From the NCBI GenBank assembly GCA_963846575.1, contig CAWJWJ010000002.1, positions 64,001-128,000 on the forward strand: a stretch of 64,000 nucleotides of DNA, given 5' to 3'. Source of the DNA: an uncultured Nitrospiraceae bacterium. Its GTDB lineage: Bacteria; Nitrospirota; Nitrospiria; Nitrospirales; Nitrospiraceae. The notes under the pieces are model-generated. The model made no database searches. It was not told the origin of the DNA and worked only from the letters and a program-made list of their open reading frames with translations. Each line of letters begins with the position of its first letter. Position 1 is the stretch's first letter. The translations under genes were made by a program, and so were the position numbers. Shown here piece after piece: positions 19,387 through 29,921 of this stretch.

Positions 19387-21333
19387 ATGTCGCTGTTAAA
19401 AAATATACACAGTCCCGCTGATTTGAAACGTCTCTCCCCCGAACAGTTTCCGGAACTCTGCCAGGAGATCCGTGAACAGATCCTTGCGGTGGTATCCAAT
19501 GTGGGCGGACACCTGGCCTCTAATCTCGGCGTGGTGGAACTCACCGTTGCGCTCCAGTATCTCCTGGATACGCCGAAAGACAAAATCGTTTGGGATACCA
19601 GCAACCAGGCTTATGCGCACAAGTTATTGACCGGACGACGGGAACAATTCCACACCCTGCGGCAGTACGGGGGGTTAAGCGGATTCTGTAAACGGGAAGA
19701 GAGTGTGTACGATACATTCAATGCCGGACATGCCGGCACCGGCGTCTCCGCCGCGTTCGGCATGGTCGAAGCCCGTGACCAGCGTAATGAGAAACACAAA
19801 GTTCTGTGCGTCGTCGGTGACGGCGCCATGACCGCTGGTATGACTCTGGAAGGGTTGCACCATGCCGGAGGGACCAGTAAAGACTTCATTGTCATCCTGA
19901 ACGATAACCAGATGTCCATCTCCAAGAACGTGGGGGCCATCTCGGCGTACTTAAACCGGACGTTCACCGGGGAATTCTACGCCAGGATGAGGGAAGAAAC
20001 CGGCCAGTTGTTGCGGAAGATTCCACATATCGGACTTGAAGTGCAGAAAATCGCGCGCCGAGCCGAGGAGTTGGCAAAGGGCGCAATTCTGCCTGGCCTG
20101 TTATTCGAAGAGCTGGGCTTCCAATATGCGGGACCGATCGACGGGCATAATTTTGAGCACCTCCTTCCGACTCTCGAGAACGTGCTCAAGATGAAAGGGC
20201 CTGTCCTGCTTCACGTGATCACGAAAAAAGGATTGGGGTACGAGCCGGCGATGGAGAATCCCGTCTGGTTTCATGCCTGTCCTCCCTTCGTGCGCGAAAC
20301 CGGCGTTCCGGCTAAAAAAGCGTCGAGACCCAGCTACACGAGCATGGCAGTCGATGCACTCATTAAGGTCGCCCGTCAGGACAAACGGATTGTCGCTATT
20401 ACCGCGGCCATGTGCGAAGGTACGGGTCTCAATGCATTTGAAAAGGTGTTCCCCGATCGTATTTATGACGTCGGCATTGCCGAGCAGCACGCAGTGACCT
20501 TCGCCGCCGGAATGGCCGCGCAGGGCATGAAGCCTGTGGTCGCCCTCTATTCCACGTTCCTACAACGGGCCTATGACCAGGTTGTGCATGATGTGGCCAC
20601 GCAAAATATACCGGTGACCTTCTGCATCGATCGGGGCGGACTCGTGGCGGAAGACGGCACCACCCATCACGGCGCGTTCGACTTCGCGTTCTTGCGGCAT
20701 GTGCCCAATATGGTGGTGACAGCGCCCAAGGACGAAAATGAATTACAGCATCTGATTAAAACCTGTGTCAGTCATGATGGTCCTGCATCCGTGCGTTATG
20801 CCCGCGGCGTGAGCCTCGGTGTTCCCATGGATGCTGAGCCGGCGGCCCTGCCGATCGGAAAGGGCGAATTGTTGCGGGAAGGCACCGATGTGGCAATCGT
20901 GGCGATCGGCGTCACGGTATGGCCGGCCGTCAAGGCTGCCGAACGACTGGCGGAAGCAGGAATCTCCGCAGCCGTGATTAATGCGCGTTTCGTGAAGCCC
21001 TTGGACACCGAGCTCATCGTCAAGACGGCCAAGAACGTACGGTGCCTGGTGACCGTGGAGGAAGGATCCAAGATGGGAGGATTCGGCTCCGCCGTGTTAG
21101 AAGCGCTGTCGGAAGAAGGGGTCACTCATCTGCGGACGAAGCTCATTGGCCTTCCGGATTGGTATATCGAGCAAGGGCCGCAAGATTTGCTGCGTGAACG
21201 GTACGGCCTTACAGCAGATGGGATCTATAATGGCGTCAAAGCATTGTTCGGAGCCAGTGTGGCTACGGATGAGGCTGCTCGGTTAGCGTCATTGGTCGGA
21301 AGCCTTCCCCATGGAGATGAGCAGGGCAGCTGA
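19387..21333 (+). CDS. dxs: 1-deoxy-D-xylulose-5-phosphate synthase
   Basis: GGHLASNLGVVEL, GDGAMTAG TPP motif, NDNQMSIS, DVGIAEQHAV, YSTFLQRAYDQ, DRGG, DGTTH. Confidence 0.96.
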   Translation: MSLLKNIHSPADLKRLSPEQFPELCQEIREQILAVVSNVGGHLASNLGVVELTVALQYLLDTPKDKIVWDTSNQAYAHKLLTGRREQFHTLRQYGGLSGFCKREESVYDTFNAGHAGTGVSAAFGMVEARDQRNEKHKVLCVVGDGAMTAGMTLEGLHHAGGTSKDFIVILNDNQMSISKNVGAISAYLNRTFTGEFYARMREETGQLLRKIPHIGLEVQKIARRAEELAKGAILPGLLFEELGFQYAGPIDGHNFEHLLPTLENVLKMKGPVLLHVITKKGLGYEPAMENPVWFHACPPFVRETGVPAKKASRPSYTSMAVDALIKVARQDKRIVAITAAMCEGTGLNAFEKVFPDRIYDVGIAEQHAVTFAAGMAAQGMKPVVALYSTFLQRAYDQVVHDVATQNIPVTFCIDRGGLVAEDGTTHHGAFDFAFLRHVPNMVVTAPKDENELQHLIKTCVSHDGPASVRYARGVSLGVPMDAEPAALPIGKGELLREGTDVAIVAIGVTVWPAVKAAERLAEAGISAAVINARFVKPLDTELIVKTAKNVRCLVTVEEGSKMGGFGSAVLEALSEEGVTHLRTKLIGLPDWYIEQGPQDLLRERYGLTADGIYNGVKALFGASVATDEAARLASLVGSLPHGDEQGS

Positions 21334-21374
21334 TCGCCAACTGAACTCCGGAGATTACAGACACCGGGAACTAC

Positions 21375-22580
21375 ATGCACATCACGAGAAAGAAGACCAG
21401 GCAGATACAGGTCGGTTCCGTAAAGATCGGCGGGGATGCGCCCATCTCGGTTCAGTCGATGTGTTCGACCGATACGCGAGATGTCCCGGCCACGGTGGCC
21501 CAGATCCGGCAGCTGGAAGAGGCGGGCTGTGAGGTTATTCGCGTCGCCGTGCCAGATGACGCGGCGGCAGCGGTGCTTCCTCAGATCAAGGCGGCAATGA
21601 CAGTCCCGCTGATCGCTGATATCCATTTCGACCATCGCCTTGCCCTGAAAGCGGCCGAAGTCGTGGATTGTGTTCGCATCAATCCGGGGAATATCGGCGC
21701 CTGGTGGAAAGTGCAGGAGGTTATCAAGGCGGTTAATGACCGGGGCATTCCATTGCGCGTGGGAGTCAACGGCGGGTCCCTCGAGCGGCCCCTGTTGGAC
21801 AAATACGGATGGCCTTCTCCGGAAGCCCTCTCCGAATCGGCGCTGAATGCAGTCCATGCTCTGGAAGACGAGGGCTTCACTAATATGAAGGTGTCGCTCA
21901 AGGCCTCCGACGTCCACCATGCCATCGATGCCTATTATCTCTTTTCGACGCAGGCGAATTATCCCCTCCATATCGGGATCACGGAAGCCGGGACGGCGAT
22001 GACCGGAGCCGTGAAATCCGCGATCGGACTCGGGTGGCTGTTGTCGCAGGGCATTGGCGATACCCTCCGCGTGTCGCTAGCTGCGGATCCGGTGGAAGAA
22101 GTAAAAGTTGGATTTGAAATTCTGAAGTCGCTTGAGTTGCGTCATCGAGGCATCAATGTGATCGCCTGTCCCACCTGCGGGCGGGTCGAGATCGATGTGG
22201 TGAGGATGGCGAACGAGTTAGAGAAGAAACTGGGGCACATCAAGACTCCGCTCAACGTGTCCGTGCTCGGGTGCGTGGTGAACGGCATCGGAGAAGGCAA
22301 GGAAGCGGACATCGGTATTGCCGGTGGAGAGGGCAAAGGCATTCTTTTCAAGAAGGGCAAGTTGATGCGGAAGGTGCCGCTGGAAGAACTCATGGATACG
22401 CTCATTCATGAGGTTGAATTGCTCGCTCAGGAAAAGGAAGCCGAGGCCGCAGGGGCGCCTATAGAGTCGGCTGCCTCGCACGACGGCCAGGCGGAGCCAG
22501 GGTGGGAGTTGATCGGTCATGCGGCCGATGAACATTCCACGATCGTGAGGGATATTCCCGTTCTTCCGACCAAGCGATAA
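21375..22580 (+). CDS. ispG: (E)-4-hydroxy-3-methylbut-2-enyl-diphosphate synthase
   Basis: VQSM, ADIHF, RINPGNIG, YPLHIGITEAG, GIGDTLRVSL, CPTCGR, GCVVNG. Confidence 0.96.
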   Translation: MHITRKKTRQIQVGSVKIGGDAPISVQSMCSTDTRDVPATVAQIRQLEEAGCEVIRVAVPDDAAAAVLPQIKAAMTVPLIADIHFDHRLALKAAEVVDCVRINPGNIGAWWKVQEVIKAVNDRGIPLRVGVNGGSLERPLLDKYGWPSPEALSESALNAVHALEDEGFTNMKVSLKASDVHHAIDAYYLFSTQANYPLHIGITEAGTAMTGAVKSAIGLGWLLSQGIGDTLRVSLAADPVEEVKVGFEILKSLELRHRGINVIACPTCGRVEIDVVRMANELEKKLGHIKTPLNVSVLGCVVNGIGEGKEADIGIAGGEGKGILFKKGKLMRKVPLEELMDTLIHEVELLAQEKEAEAAGAPIESAASHDGQAEPGWELIGHAADEHSTIVRDIPVLPTKR

Positions 22581-22645
22581 GGCTGATGTTCTTCGACCAC
22601 GAGTAAGACCGTGCGATTATTCCCGCATTTCTCCTCGCTTCGCGG

Positions 22646-22675
22646 TTGAGTTCCTGACGCTCCCCCTTCTATAAT
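22646..22675 (+). promoter_or_regulatory. sigma70-type promoter for tRNA-Cys
   Basis: TTGAGT, 18 bp spacer, TATAAT, 9 bp upstream of the tRNA. Confidence 0.55.
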
Positions 22676-22684
22676 CCGAACCGT

Positions 22685-22760
22685 GGCGCCGTACCCAAGT
22701 GGCTAAGGGAGCAGTCTGCAAAACTGCGATGCGGCGGTTCGAACCCGCCCGGCGCCTCCA
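22685..22760 (+). tRNA. tRNA-Cys (GCA)
   Basis: Acceptor stem GGCGCCG/CGGCGCC, anticodon arm GCAGT-CTGCAAA-ACTGC, T-loop GGTTCGAACCC, discriminator T, encoded CCA. Confidence 0.96.
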
Positions 22761-22975
22761 ACCATTCCGGCTGATATCTCAGAGGGTTCGGTGATTTTGA
22801 CCGGACCTTGTTCCACCCTCTGATTTTCGCTACTCCCGGTTTTACTCTCGGTTCCACTCGCACTTTTCGATGCAATCGCTCCCAAACTCGCTCGATTCAC
22901 TGTTGTTCGTAAATGAGCCGGAGAGAGATGGACATATCGCATCGTCATCGTGAAGGGGGAATGGAAGTCTGGGCA
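22761..22975 (-). pseudogene. C-terminal remnant of a tyrosine recombinase (phage integrase) at the tRNA-Cys 3' end
   Basis: Minus-strand frame reads HSPFTMTMRYVHLSPAHLRTTVNR, matching the integrase box II pattern (H..x..MT.RY.HL). The rest of the catalytic domain is missing, and the frame runs on into the tRNA antisense. Confidence 0.65.
22832..22867 (+). repeat. Three imperfect 12 bp direct repeats (candidate integrase arm-type sites)
   Basis: ACTCCCGGTTTT / ACTCTCGGTTCC / ACTCGCACTTTT, ~70 bp from the tRNA end. Confidence 0.4.
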
Positions 22976-23070
22976 TCTAAGCAAATGACTCCACATGAAC
23001 AGAGCCAGGCGTTGACAGTACATGCGCCCACGACAATGCTACCGTAAAGCGGCGCGATTGAGATCCCTCG

Positions 23071-23295
23071 TCATTTCTTCTTACCGAGCTTCAGCAGCAC
23101 TCGTTCGAGTCGCTCTTTTACTAGTTGCTCCATAAGCGATCTAATCTTCGGATCCGTCTTGAGCACATGTTCCATGATCTGCTGCCCCATTGTGGCCGCT
23201 GAACGCAACAAGCCTTGGTCGACGGAATTACCGATCGCCTCGTAAAGATAAGTGGTGTCCCGCTTCTTGGGCATCCTTTTCTTCTTGCTCATCAC
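23071..23295 (-). CDS. Small basic helical hypothetical protein
   Basis: AGGAG RBS upstream; 74 aa, Lys/Arg-rich ends, amphipathic helices. Confidence 0.5.
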   Translation of the reverse strand: MMSKKKRMPKKRDTTYLYEAIGNSVDQGLLRSAATMGQQIMEHVLKTDPKIRSLMEQLVKERLERVLLKLGKKK

Positions 23296-23873
23296 ATCTC
23301 CTGTTCTGGAAGGTCTACGGTTGACCGAAACCCTCAGCCGGACTTACTCCCCGTGCTGATTTCGTCTCGGATATTTATGAATCGCAGTATGTCGCAACGA
23401 GAATCCCTGAGCCATCGTTTTTTTAGCGCTCGCGGAACTGGCCAGCACTCACTGTCTTTCTTGGCAGCGCGCCCAGTGGTCCCCTGACACTCTGGTTTCC
23501 CTCTGACTCTTCGGACGCACAGGCCTTCATTGATGTAGGCGCCCTGAGGGACGAAAAATTTGTGGTAATTGCTAGGCAGGTTGAGGAAGGCTCACCGTGG
23601 TGTTTAGCGCTAATCAGCGCCGTCTGTTACCACTGCTACACCTCGGTGTCTTGACTGTGCGGTCACGAGTCGGGGTACGTGGATCTGACAGGCTGCTGCA
23701 ACGGAGAGTCGCTTCACAGCAACAAGAACCCGAGGCGAGGCCCTATTCCCGTGATTGAAACGCAAGCGGGTCGCACCATGTGGGTTCAGGGAGTATTAAC
23801 ACAGGCGAGTAAGTGAGCCGGCTTGTTTCGGCTTCGAGAAATGGAAACGATTCGTAGAGCACGCCAGAATTCC

Positions 23874-24362
23874 TTACTGGTTGAGTTCCGCCATCCGCCG
23901 TTCATGCTCCTTCAACTGCCGATTTGCAGCCAGCGTGTCCGGTTCCAGGAGGCCTTGAAGGATTTCCTGTCTCAGCTGCATGAACAAGGCGCTTTGACGG
24001 GTGGAGGCAAGCTGTCTGCCTTGCAAAAGCTCCAGCCAGCGTGTGCTTGAACTCGCATAATGGCTGGTCGGTGCGGTGGTGCGCAATTCCTGGAAGGCAT
24101 TGATCGCATCCTCTCGGTTCTCGAATAGCGCGACCAAACCTCTGGTGTAGGTGAGTTCCTCGCACGTTGCGCTCTGCTGGCAGCTCGCTCTCCGCGATTC
24201 CTGGGCCCGGCTGACGACCTGCAATGCTTCTCGCTCTTTTGCATCGGCTTCAAAGTACGCGCTGCTCGGCAACGTCACGAAGTTAGACTGGGCCGAACAA
24301 CCTCCCCACAGGGCGACGAACAGTAGCCCGAGTGAGCCTTGGGCCAGTATTCTCGCATTCAT
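23874..24362 (-). CDS. Hypothetical lipoprotein with TPR-like helices and coiled-coil C-terminus
   Basis: GGAGGT RBS before ATG 24362; hydrophobic signal ending LWGGC; helical LTYTRGLVALF...AINAFQELRTTAPTSHYA. Confidence 0.6.
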   Translation of the reverse strand: MNARILAQGSLGLLFVALWGGCSAQSNFVTLPSSAYFEADAKEREALQVVSRAQESRRASCQQSATCEELTYTRGLVALFENREDAINAFQELRTTAPTSHYASSSTRWLELLQGRQLASTRQSALFMQLRQEILQGLLEPDTLAANRQLKEHERRMAELNQ

Positions 24363-24800
24363 AAATACCTCCAGGTAACGACCAGGTCGAAAAAATAAAT
24401 GTGCGCAGCCGAACGTGAACGACAACTGAATCCAGGATCTCCGACCCGCGGTCGGATGGTTTTCAGAGAAAGTCTCGAAGAAAGGGAGGTTCAAATCTCG
24501 AGAGGGAAAAGATACTTGATAACTTGCGCAAGCATCTCCTGGTGTCGAGTGGGAGCGTCAACACGGTGTCCGCCTTTCGAGCATGCCTGCGATGGGAGGG
24601 CGCAAGCCAATAAACGTGGATCGAGTGAGGGGAATATCTGCTTATGACTCTACGCGTTCCCGGCGGCAAAAGCAAAGATGGACAAGTAGGCGCGGACAGG
24701 GGTGACGTGCGCACGGCGCGGACTCACATATTCCCGCTCATGGAGAACGCCTTCCCCGACCGGCTACAGATGAGGCAAGACTTCGCTTGACGCAGTAGAG

Positions 24801-25424
24801 TTAGCGATCGAAATGGTAGGCCACGCCGAACATGAACAGATTGGCGCGGTAATCGGCGGTGATGTTGTCCCGGCTGAAGCTGAATTGCGCGAAATTGTAT
24901 TTGTATTCCACGAAAGGGGCGACATGGGGGGTGAGGTAATATTTTAGGCCGGCCAGCACGTTAAAGCTGGGGGCGAACGACGCTTCAGGTCTGAAATTGC
25001 CACCGGATATATTGCCCACATTGAGACCGATCCCGAGACCCGCGTAAGGTTCCAGTTTGTACTGGTAGCCGGTCACTCGGACCAGTGCATTAAAGGCCAG
25101 GGAATGCACGAGGAAATCTCCGCCTGGGATTGGTCCTGACAATCGCGGGTTTGAGGAAGTGGGCAATCTCTGTTGTTCAATCCCGGGTGTCGAGCGATAA
25201 GCGTCAATCTCCAAGCCAAACCAATTAAAACCGCGGTCGTTGAAGAAATGGCCGACTTTGCCTCCAAAGTACAAATCTTTATTGAGTTCGACGTTGCCCG
25301 CATCGGTCGTATTGAAGCGTGGCGCATTCAGGCCCGCCCCCACGGCGACATAATTTTCTGCCTGGCTAAGGGAGGGGATAGCCAGCAGGGCAAGAAACAA
25401 AAGTTTCATCGACCAATGAACCAT
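24801..25424 (-). CDS. Small (OmpA/OmpW-like, about 8-stranded) outer membrane beta-barrel protein
   Basis: AGGAGG RBS, signal peptide ending SQA, PYAGLGIG, AGLKYYL, FVEYKY, C-terminal GVAYHF. Confidence 0.8.
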   Translation of the reverse strand: MVHWSMKLLFLALLAIPSLSQAENYVAVGAGLNAPRFNTTDAGNVELNKDLYFGGKVGHFFNDRGFNWFGLEIDAYRSTPGIEQQRLPTSSNPRLSGPIPGGDFLVHSLAFNALVRVTGYQYKLEPYAGLGIGLNVGNISGGNFRPEASFAPSFNVLAGLKYYLTPHVAPFVEYKYNFAQFSFSRDNITADYRANLFMFGVAYHFDR

Positions 25425-25518
25425 TACCTATCCTCCTAACCAATAGAAAACAGACCGAACCCCTCTCAGCATGCTACTCTAACGGGCTTCATGCGGGGTG
25501 GCAAGAGAGAAGTGTATG

Positions 25519-27747
25519 TCAGAACCGGCCACAGGAGGCCTCGCCTTGATGCAGCAACGTCGGCCTCAGACAGAACCCCCGCCAGGCAGACTGATCCCAC
25601 GACCAATTCAACAAAGCGTACTCGGTATGGGTGACGTGCCGATCGATAGTCCGTCCAAACCCGCCCAGGCGCAATGAGAACCCCGCTGGCAATAGAAAAT
25701 CCTTCAAGAGGCCGAACTCCGTAAACTCGCCGGCGTAGTATGCCGGATCGCCGCGTTCGGTGACGAACCGTTCTCCTCGCCACAACGTCACGTAAGGCCT
25801 CCAGCCGGCCAGATCCACCCCTGCCGTCAACTGATAGCCCCGTCCACGGACGATCGGGGAGCCGCTTTGCGTCGGTTCGTTTTGACTGTTCAGATAGAGA
25901 GCCATCACATCGATCTCGCGAAACCATGACAGCCCGGACCAATACCGGCCTGGCTGAAAGGTGAATTGCGGCCCGAACGCGGTCAGAAAATTGTTGCCGG
26001 CCGGACGATCGCGTGGAATGCCCGGTCCGAAGAAGGTTCGGGATTCGGAATATTGCGCGCCCCCGGAGTGAGACCAGTAGACCTGGCCATTGAAGGAGAA
26101 CATCCCTGCGCTCGCTCGCCCTGCATAGCCGACATCGAAACGCTCCGCCTTCTGAAAGGTTTCGACTTGGTTCCAGTTGATAAAGAGGTCCTGCTGGTAA
26201 TGTTCCCGGTTAACCAGGAGTTGAAAGCCTTGTTCGATGGGGCGTGAAAAAAGAGACGCATCGTTGAAGAGTGCATCCACAAAAGGATGGTTGCGTCGAA
26301 GGGTGCCGGCGATCAGGCGTAAGTCCGGCATCATCTCGTATTCGGCAGAAAGGATCGGTTGCACCGTATGAAAGTGTTGGGTGTCCGCCACCGGCAGGCC
26401 GGCGAAAAAGCCGGCGGTCAGCATGTAGCTCCGGGGTGACTCTGTACTGGAGCACTGGGGAAAGGTATTGGCCGGCAAACGTTCGATTCGAGACCGGCAA
26501 GCCATTGAGCTGCCGCAATCCCGAATAGGAAATATTGTACACGTAGGTCAGCGCGTCGAGTTTGGCGGTGAACCGGTGTTCTGATTGGGGCTCTGACCCG
26601 TCGCCGAAAGGGTGCGAGAGCGAGGTCCAGATGTTCACCAATCAGGTCTGCGTGATTGGTATCCCAGTTCCAGTTGAAAACCAAGTACTCCTGGTTGACC
26701 CACTTGAACGTGTCTCTGGTCACATAGTTGAGCCCGTCCTCGGTAAAAAAAGCGCGGATGCGGCGGGCCTGGGCGCCAAATTCAATCGAAGCCCGATCTC
26801 CCAGCCGGACTGTCTTAGAGAGGCCGATTTCCGGGAAAGTTGCTGGCTCTAAACTCCGGATCCCCCTGCTGGCTCAGAAAGTTCCGGCCTTTCCAGAAGG
26901 AGAGATAAGGCCGCCAGCCGGCCAAGTCGAGCCAAACTTGGATTTCATAGCCACGACCGCGGGAAGCGGCGGACCCATCGTCAGCCTGGTTGTAGCTCGT
27001 CAGGTACATGAACCGGACGCCGATCTGATTCCACCAGGAGGCAAAGCGGAGTGTGCGGGAAGGCTCCAGAACAATTTCCGGTCCAACGGCAACGACAAGA
27101 TTGTCGCGGGTATCGAATGATCGGTCGAGTTTGAAGAGGGCCTGCCCGTTGCGCACCCAATGGGCCTGACCGTTGAAGTGGAGAGGGCCGAATTTCAATT
27201 GTCCGGCGTAACCCACGTCGAAACGGTTCGGCGCCGAACCGCGCAATGCCTGTTCCCAGTTGATAAAGAGGTCTTGCCGATAGAACTCGGAATCCACTAG
27301 CATTTGAGCCCCTTGCTCGATCGGGCGCAGGAAGCGATTGCCGTGATAGAACACGGCGTTGTGGAAATCCTGATGCGGCACTTGCAGCGTCCCCATCACC
27401 GCACTGATTTGTTCGATCGGCTGGTAAGTCAGGCGGACGATTGGACGGACTTGTGAGACTTCGCGGTCATGGCCGAAGGGCATATTGGCGAAGACGCCGA
27501 GTTCAGCTTCCAGCGTTGGGAGCAGGCGCTTATAGATCGAAGCGTTTACCAGGTTGCCGATCAGCGTCGTGTCCCGACCCAGCCCGTTGGTGAAGGTATT
27601 GTCTTCGAGGCCCTGTTTTTCAAGATTGAGCATAAACGTTGAGACGGAGAAGCGCATGTCCATCAGGCGGGGCTGCTCGGATGTATCTGCTCCCCATGCG
27701 GGTCCCGGAATGAAGAGGATCAGGAGCAGCAACAAGATCGCTCGCAC
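25519..27747 (-). pseudogene. Internally duplicated outer-membrane beta-barrel protein, interrupted by three +1 frameshifts (or sequencing errors)
   Basis: ORFs 26815..27900, 26418..26723, 26210..26641 and 25519..26505 join into ~740 aa. Both halves share RPIEQG, QDLFINW, RFDVGYAG, FNGQxxW, RGRGY, DLAGWRPY, GDP, E(I/F)GL.K and EY...NW.WD. Confidence 0.65.
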
Positions 27748-27935
27748 GGAGGGAAGATCGACCAAGAGGGGGGAAATCAAGGGAAGGGTCCTTCGATGGC
27801 GGATCTGGCTCAGTGCGAGAATAGGAAGTGGACTCACGGGTGGGGGCCGATCATAAAAGGAATGACACCATCCGTCAACACATGCGCGGGAGCATGACAT
27901 ATGAGGCGGCAGACCGTCTGTGATTTGAAAGAGCG

Positions 27936-29921
27936 ATGTGTGGAATAGCCGGGATTCTTGATCGACGAAGCGGGAATCTCCGTTCGGTGGTCGACCGGAT
28001 GGTTAAGGCTCTGCACCATCGGGGACCCGACGCATCGGGAACCTGGATCGATAAACGGAACGGGCTGGCACTTGGTCATGCGAGGCTCTCGATCATTGAC
28101 CTCTCATCCGAAGGAAACCAGCCAATGGTGTCGGCGAGCGGACGGTATGTGCTCACGTACAACGGAGAGGTGTACAACTTTCAGGAACTCCGTCGCGAAC
28201 TGGACAGACGTGGCCACAGGTTTCGAGGCCATTCTGACACCGAGGTCATGCTTGCCGCGTTTGACGACTGGGGGGTTGAAAAATCGTTAGACCGGTTCGT
28301 CGGCATGTTTGCCTTCGGCGTCTGGGACATTGAGGAACGCAAGCTTACGCTGGCTCGTGATCGACTGGGCAAAAAACCACTTTATTTTGGATGGATGAAG
28401 GGGGCCTTTCTCTTTGGGTCGGAGCTGAAAGCCATACAGGCGCATCCTGGGTTTCATGGAGAAATCAATCGGGATGTGCTCGCGCTTTATCTCCGGCATG
28501 GCTACGTCCCGGCGCCATATTGTATCTACCGTAATCTTTACCAATTGATGCCAGGGTCTGTGCTGGGGATTCCCGACGACCATGGATACCAAGGGATCGG
28601 CTTCTCGCCCTTCCCAGAATCCGAGCAGACTGCGTTGAAGCCTGCGCGTTACTGGTCGGCACGGGCTGCGGTGGAACGCGGATGCAACCAGCTGTCCCCA
28701 AGGTCTGAGCAGGAAGCGATCGAGGAACTCGAGTGCCTGTTGCGTGAAGCCGTCCGGATGCGCATGGTGGCCGACGTGCCGTTGGGCGCATTTCTGTCTG
28801 GAGGGGTGGATTCCTCGACCGTGGTAGCGCTCATGCAGGCTCAGAGCACGCAGCCAGTGAGGACCTTTACCATCGGGTACCATGAAGAGGAGTTTAATGA
28901 AGCGCGGCATGCCAAAGAAGTTGCCGCATATCTGGGGACCGACCACACCGAACTCTACGTGACGCCCCAGGACGCGATGGAGGTGATTCCTAGATTACCT
29001 CAGCTCTACGACGAACCCTTCGCCGATCCCTCTCAAATTCCCACGTTTCTGCTGTCCGAGCTCACGAGGCGGCATATCAAGGTCAGTCTATCCGGAGATG
29101 GAGGCGATGAACTCTTCGGCGGGTATACCCGGTACTTCAATGGCCAGTTGATCTGGAATAGAGTGAAAAGTATTCCTTTTCCGTTGCGCAGGGCACTGGC
29201 CCTCGGCATTCGCTCAGTGACCCCGTCGCAATGGACCGCTCTCGTACGATGCGTGACACCGTTCCTGCCCAAGCAGTTGCACATGACGCTGCCGGGAGAC
29301 AAGCTGTACAAGCTGGCTAGTTTGCTGTCCATGCCTGAGCCGGAAATGCTCTATCACCGATTGATTTCACTGTGGGACAATCCCACAGCCGTGGTCTTGG
29401 GATCCGTCGAACCGCCGATGCCGGTCAGCGATCGTACACAGTGGGCTTCGGTTCCGGGCTTGATCGAACAGATGATGTATATGGATACCGTGACCTACCT
29501 GCCGGATGACCTGCTCGTCAAAGTCGATCGGGCCAGCATGGGCGTCAGCCTCGAAGCCAGGACGCCGCTACTCGATCATCGGGTGGTCGAATTGGCCTGG
29601 CGGCTCCCCACCTCCATGAAGGTCCGAAACGGAGAAGGCAAATGGGCATTGCGCCAGGTGCTCTACAAATATGTCCCCCGCCGGCTCATTGATCGACCCA
29701 AGATGGGCTTCGGAGTCCCGATAGGCAAGTGGTTGTGCGGACCATTGCGCGCGTGGGCTGAGTCGCTGATCGGAGACCAGCGGCTTCGGGACGAAGGATT
29801 CTTTGACCCGGTTCCCATCCGAGAGCGGTGGGCCGCGCACCTCTCTGGCCAACGGGACTGGCAGTATGCTTTGTGGACGGTCTTGATGTTTCAAGCATGG
29901 CGCGAGCAGCACGCCGCCTGA
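27936..29921 (+). CDS. asnB: Asparagine synthase (glutamine-hydrolysing) family amidotransferase, polysaccharide-associated
   Basis: N-terminal MCGI, HRGPD, RLSIIDLS, YNGEVYN, SDTEV, RDRLGKKPL, LSGGVDSS, SGDGGDELFGGY, KVDRASM, PKMGF. Confidence 0.93.
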   Translation: MCGIAGILDRRSGNLRSVVDRMVKALHHRGPDASGTWIDKRNGLALGHARLSIIDLSSEGNQPMVSASGRYVLTYNGEVYNFQELRRELDRRGHRFRGHSDTEVMLAAFDDWGVEKSLDRFVGMFAFGVWDIEERKLTLARDRLGKKPLYFGWMKGAFLFGSELKAIQAHPGFHGEINRDVLALYLRHGYVPAPYCIYRNLYQLMPGSVLGIPDDHGYQGIGFSPFPESEQTALKPARYWSARAAVERGCNQLSPRSEQEAIEELECLLREAVRMRMVADVPLGAFLSGGVDSSTVVALMQAQSTQPVRTFTIGYHEEEFNEARHAKEVAAYLGTDHTELYVTPQDAMEVIPRLPQLYDEPFADPSQIPTFLLSELTRRHIKVSLSGDGGDELFGGYTRYFNGQLIWNRVKSIPFPLRRALALGIRSVTPSQWTALVRCVTPFLPKQLHMTLPGDKLYKLASLLSMPEPEMLYHRLISLWDNPTAVVLGSVEPPMPVSDRTQWASVPGLIEQMMYMDTVTYLPDDLLVKVDRASMGVSLEARTPLLDHRVVELAWRLPTSMKVRNGEGKWALRQVLYKYVPRRLIDRPKMGFGVPIGKWLCGPLRAWAESLIGDQRLRDEGFFDPVPIRERWAAHLSGQRDWQYALWTVLMFQAWREQHAA

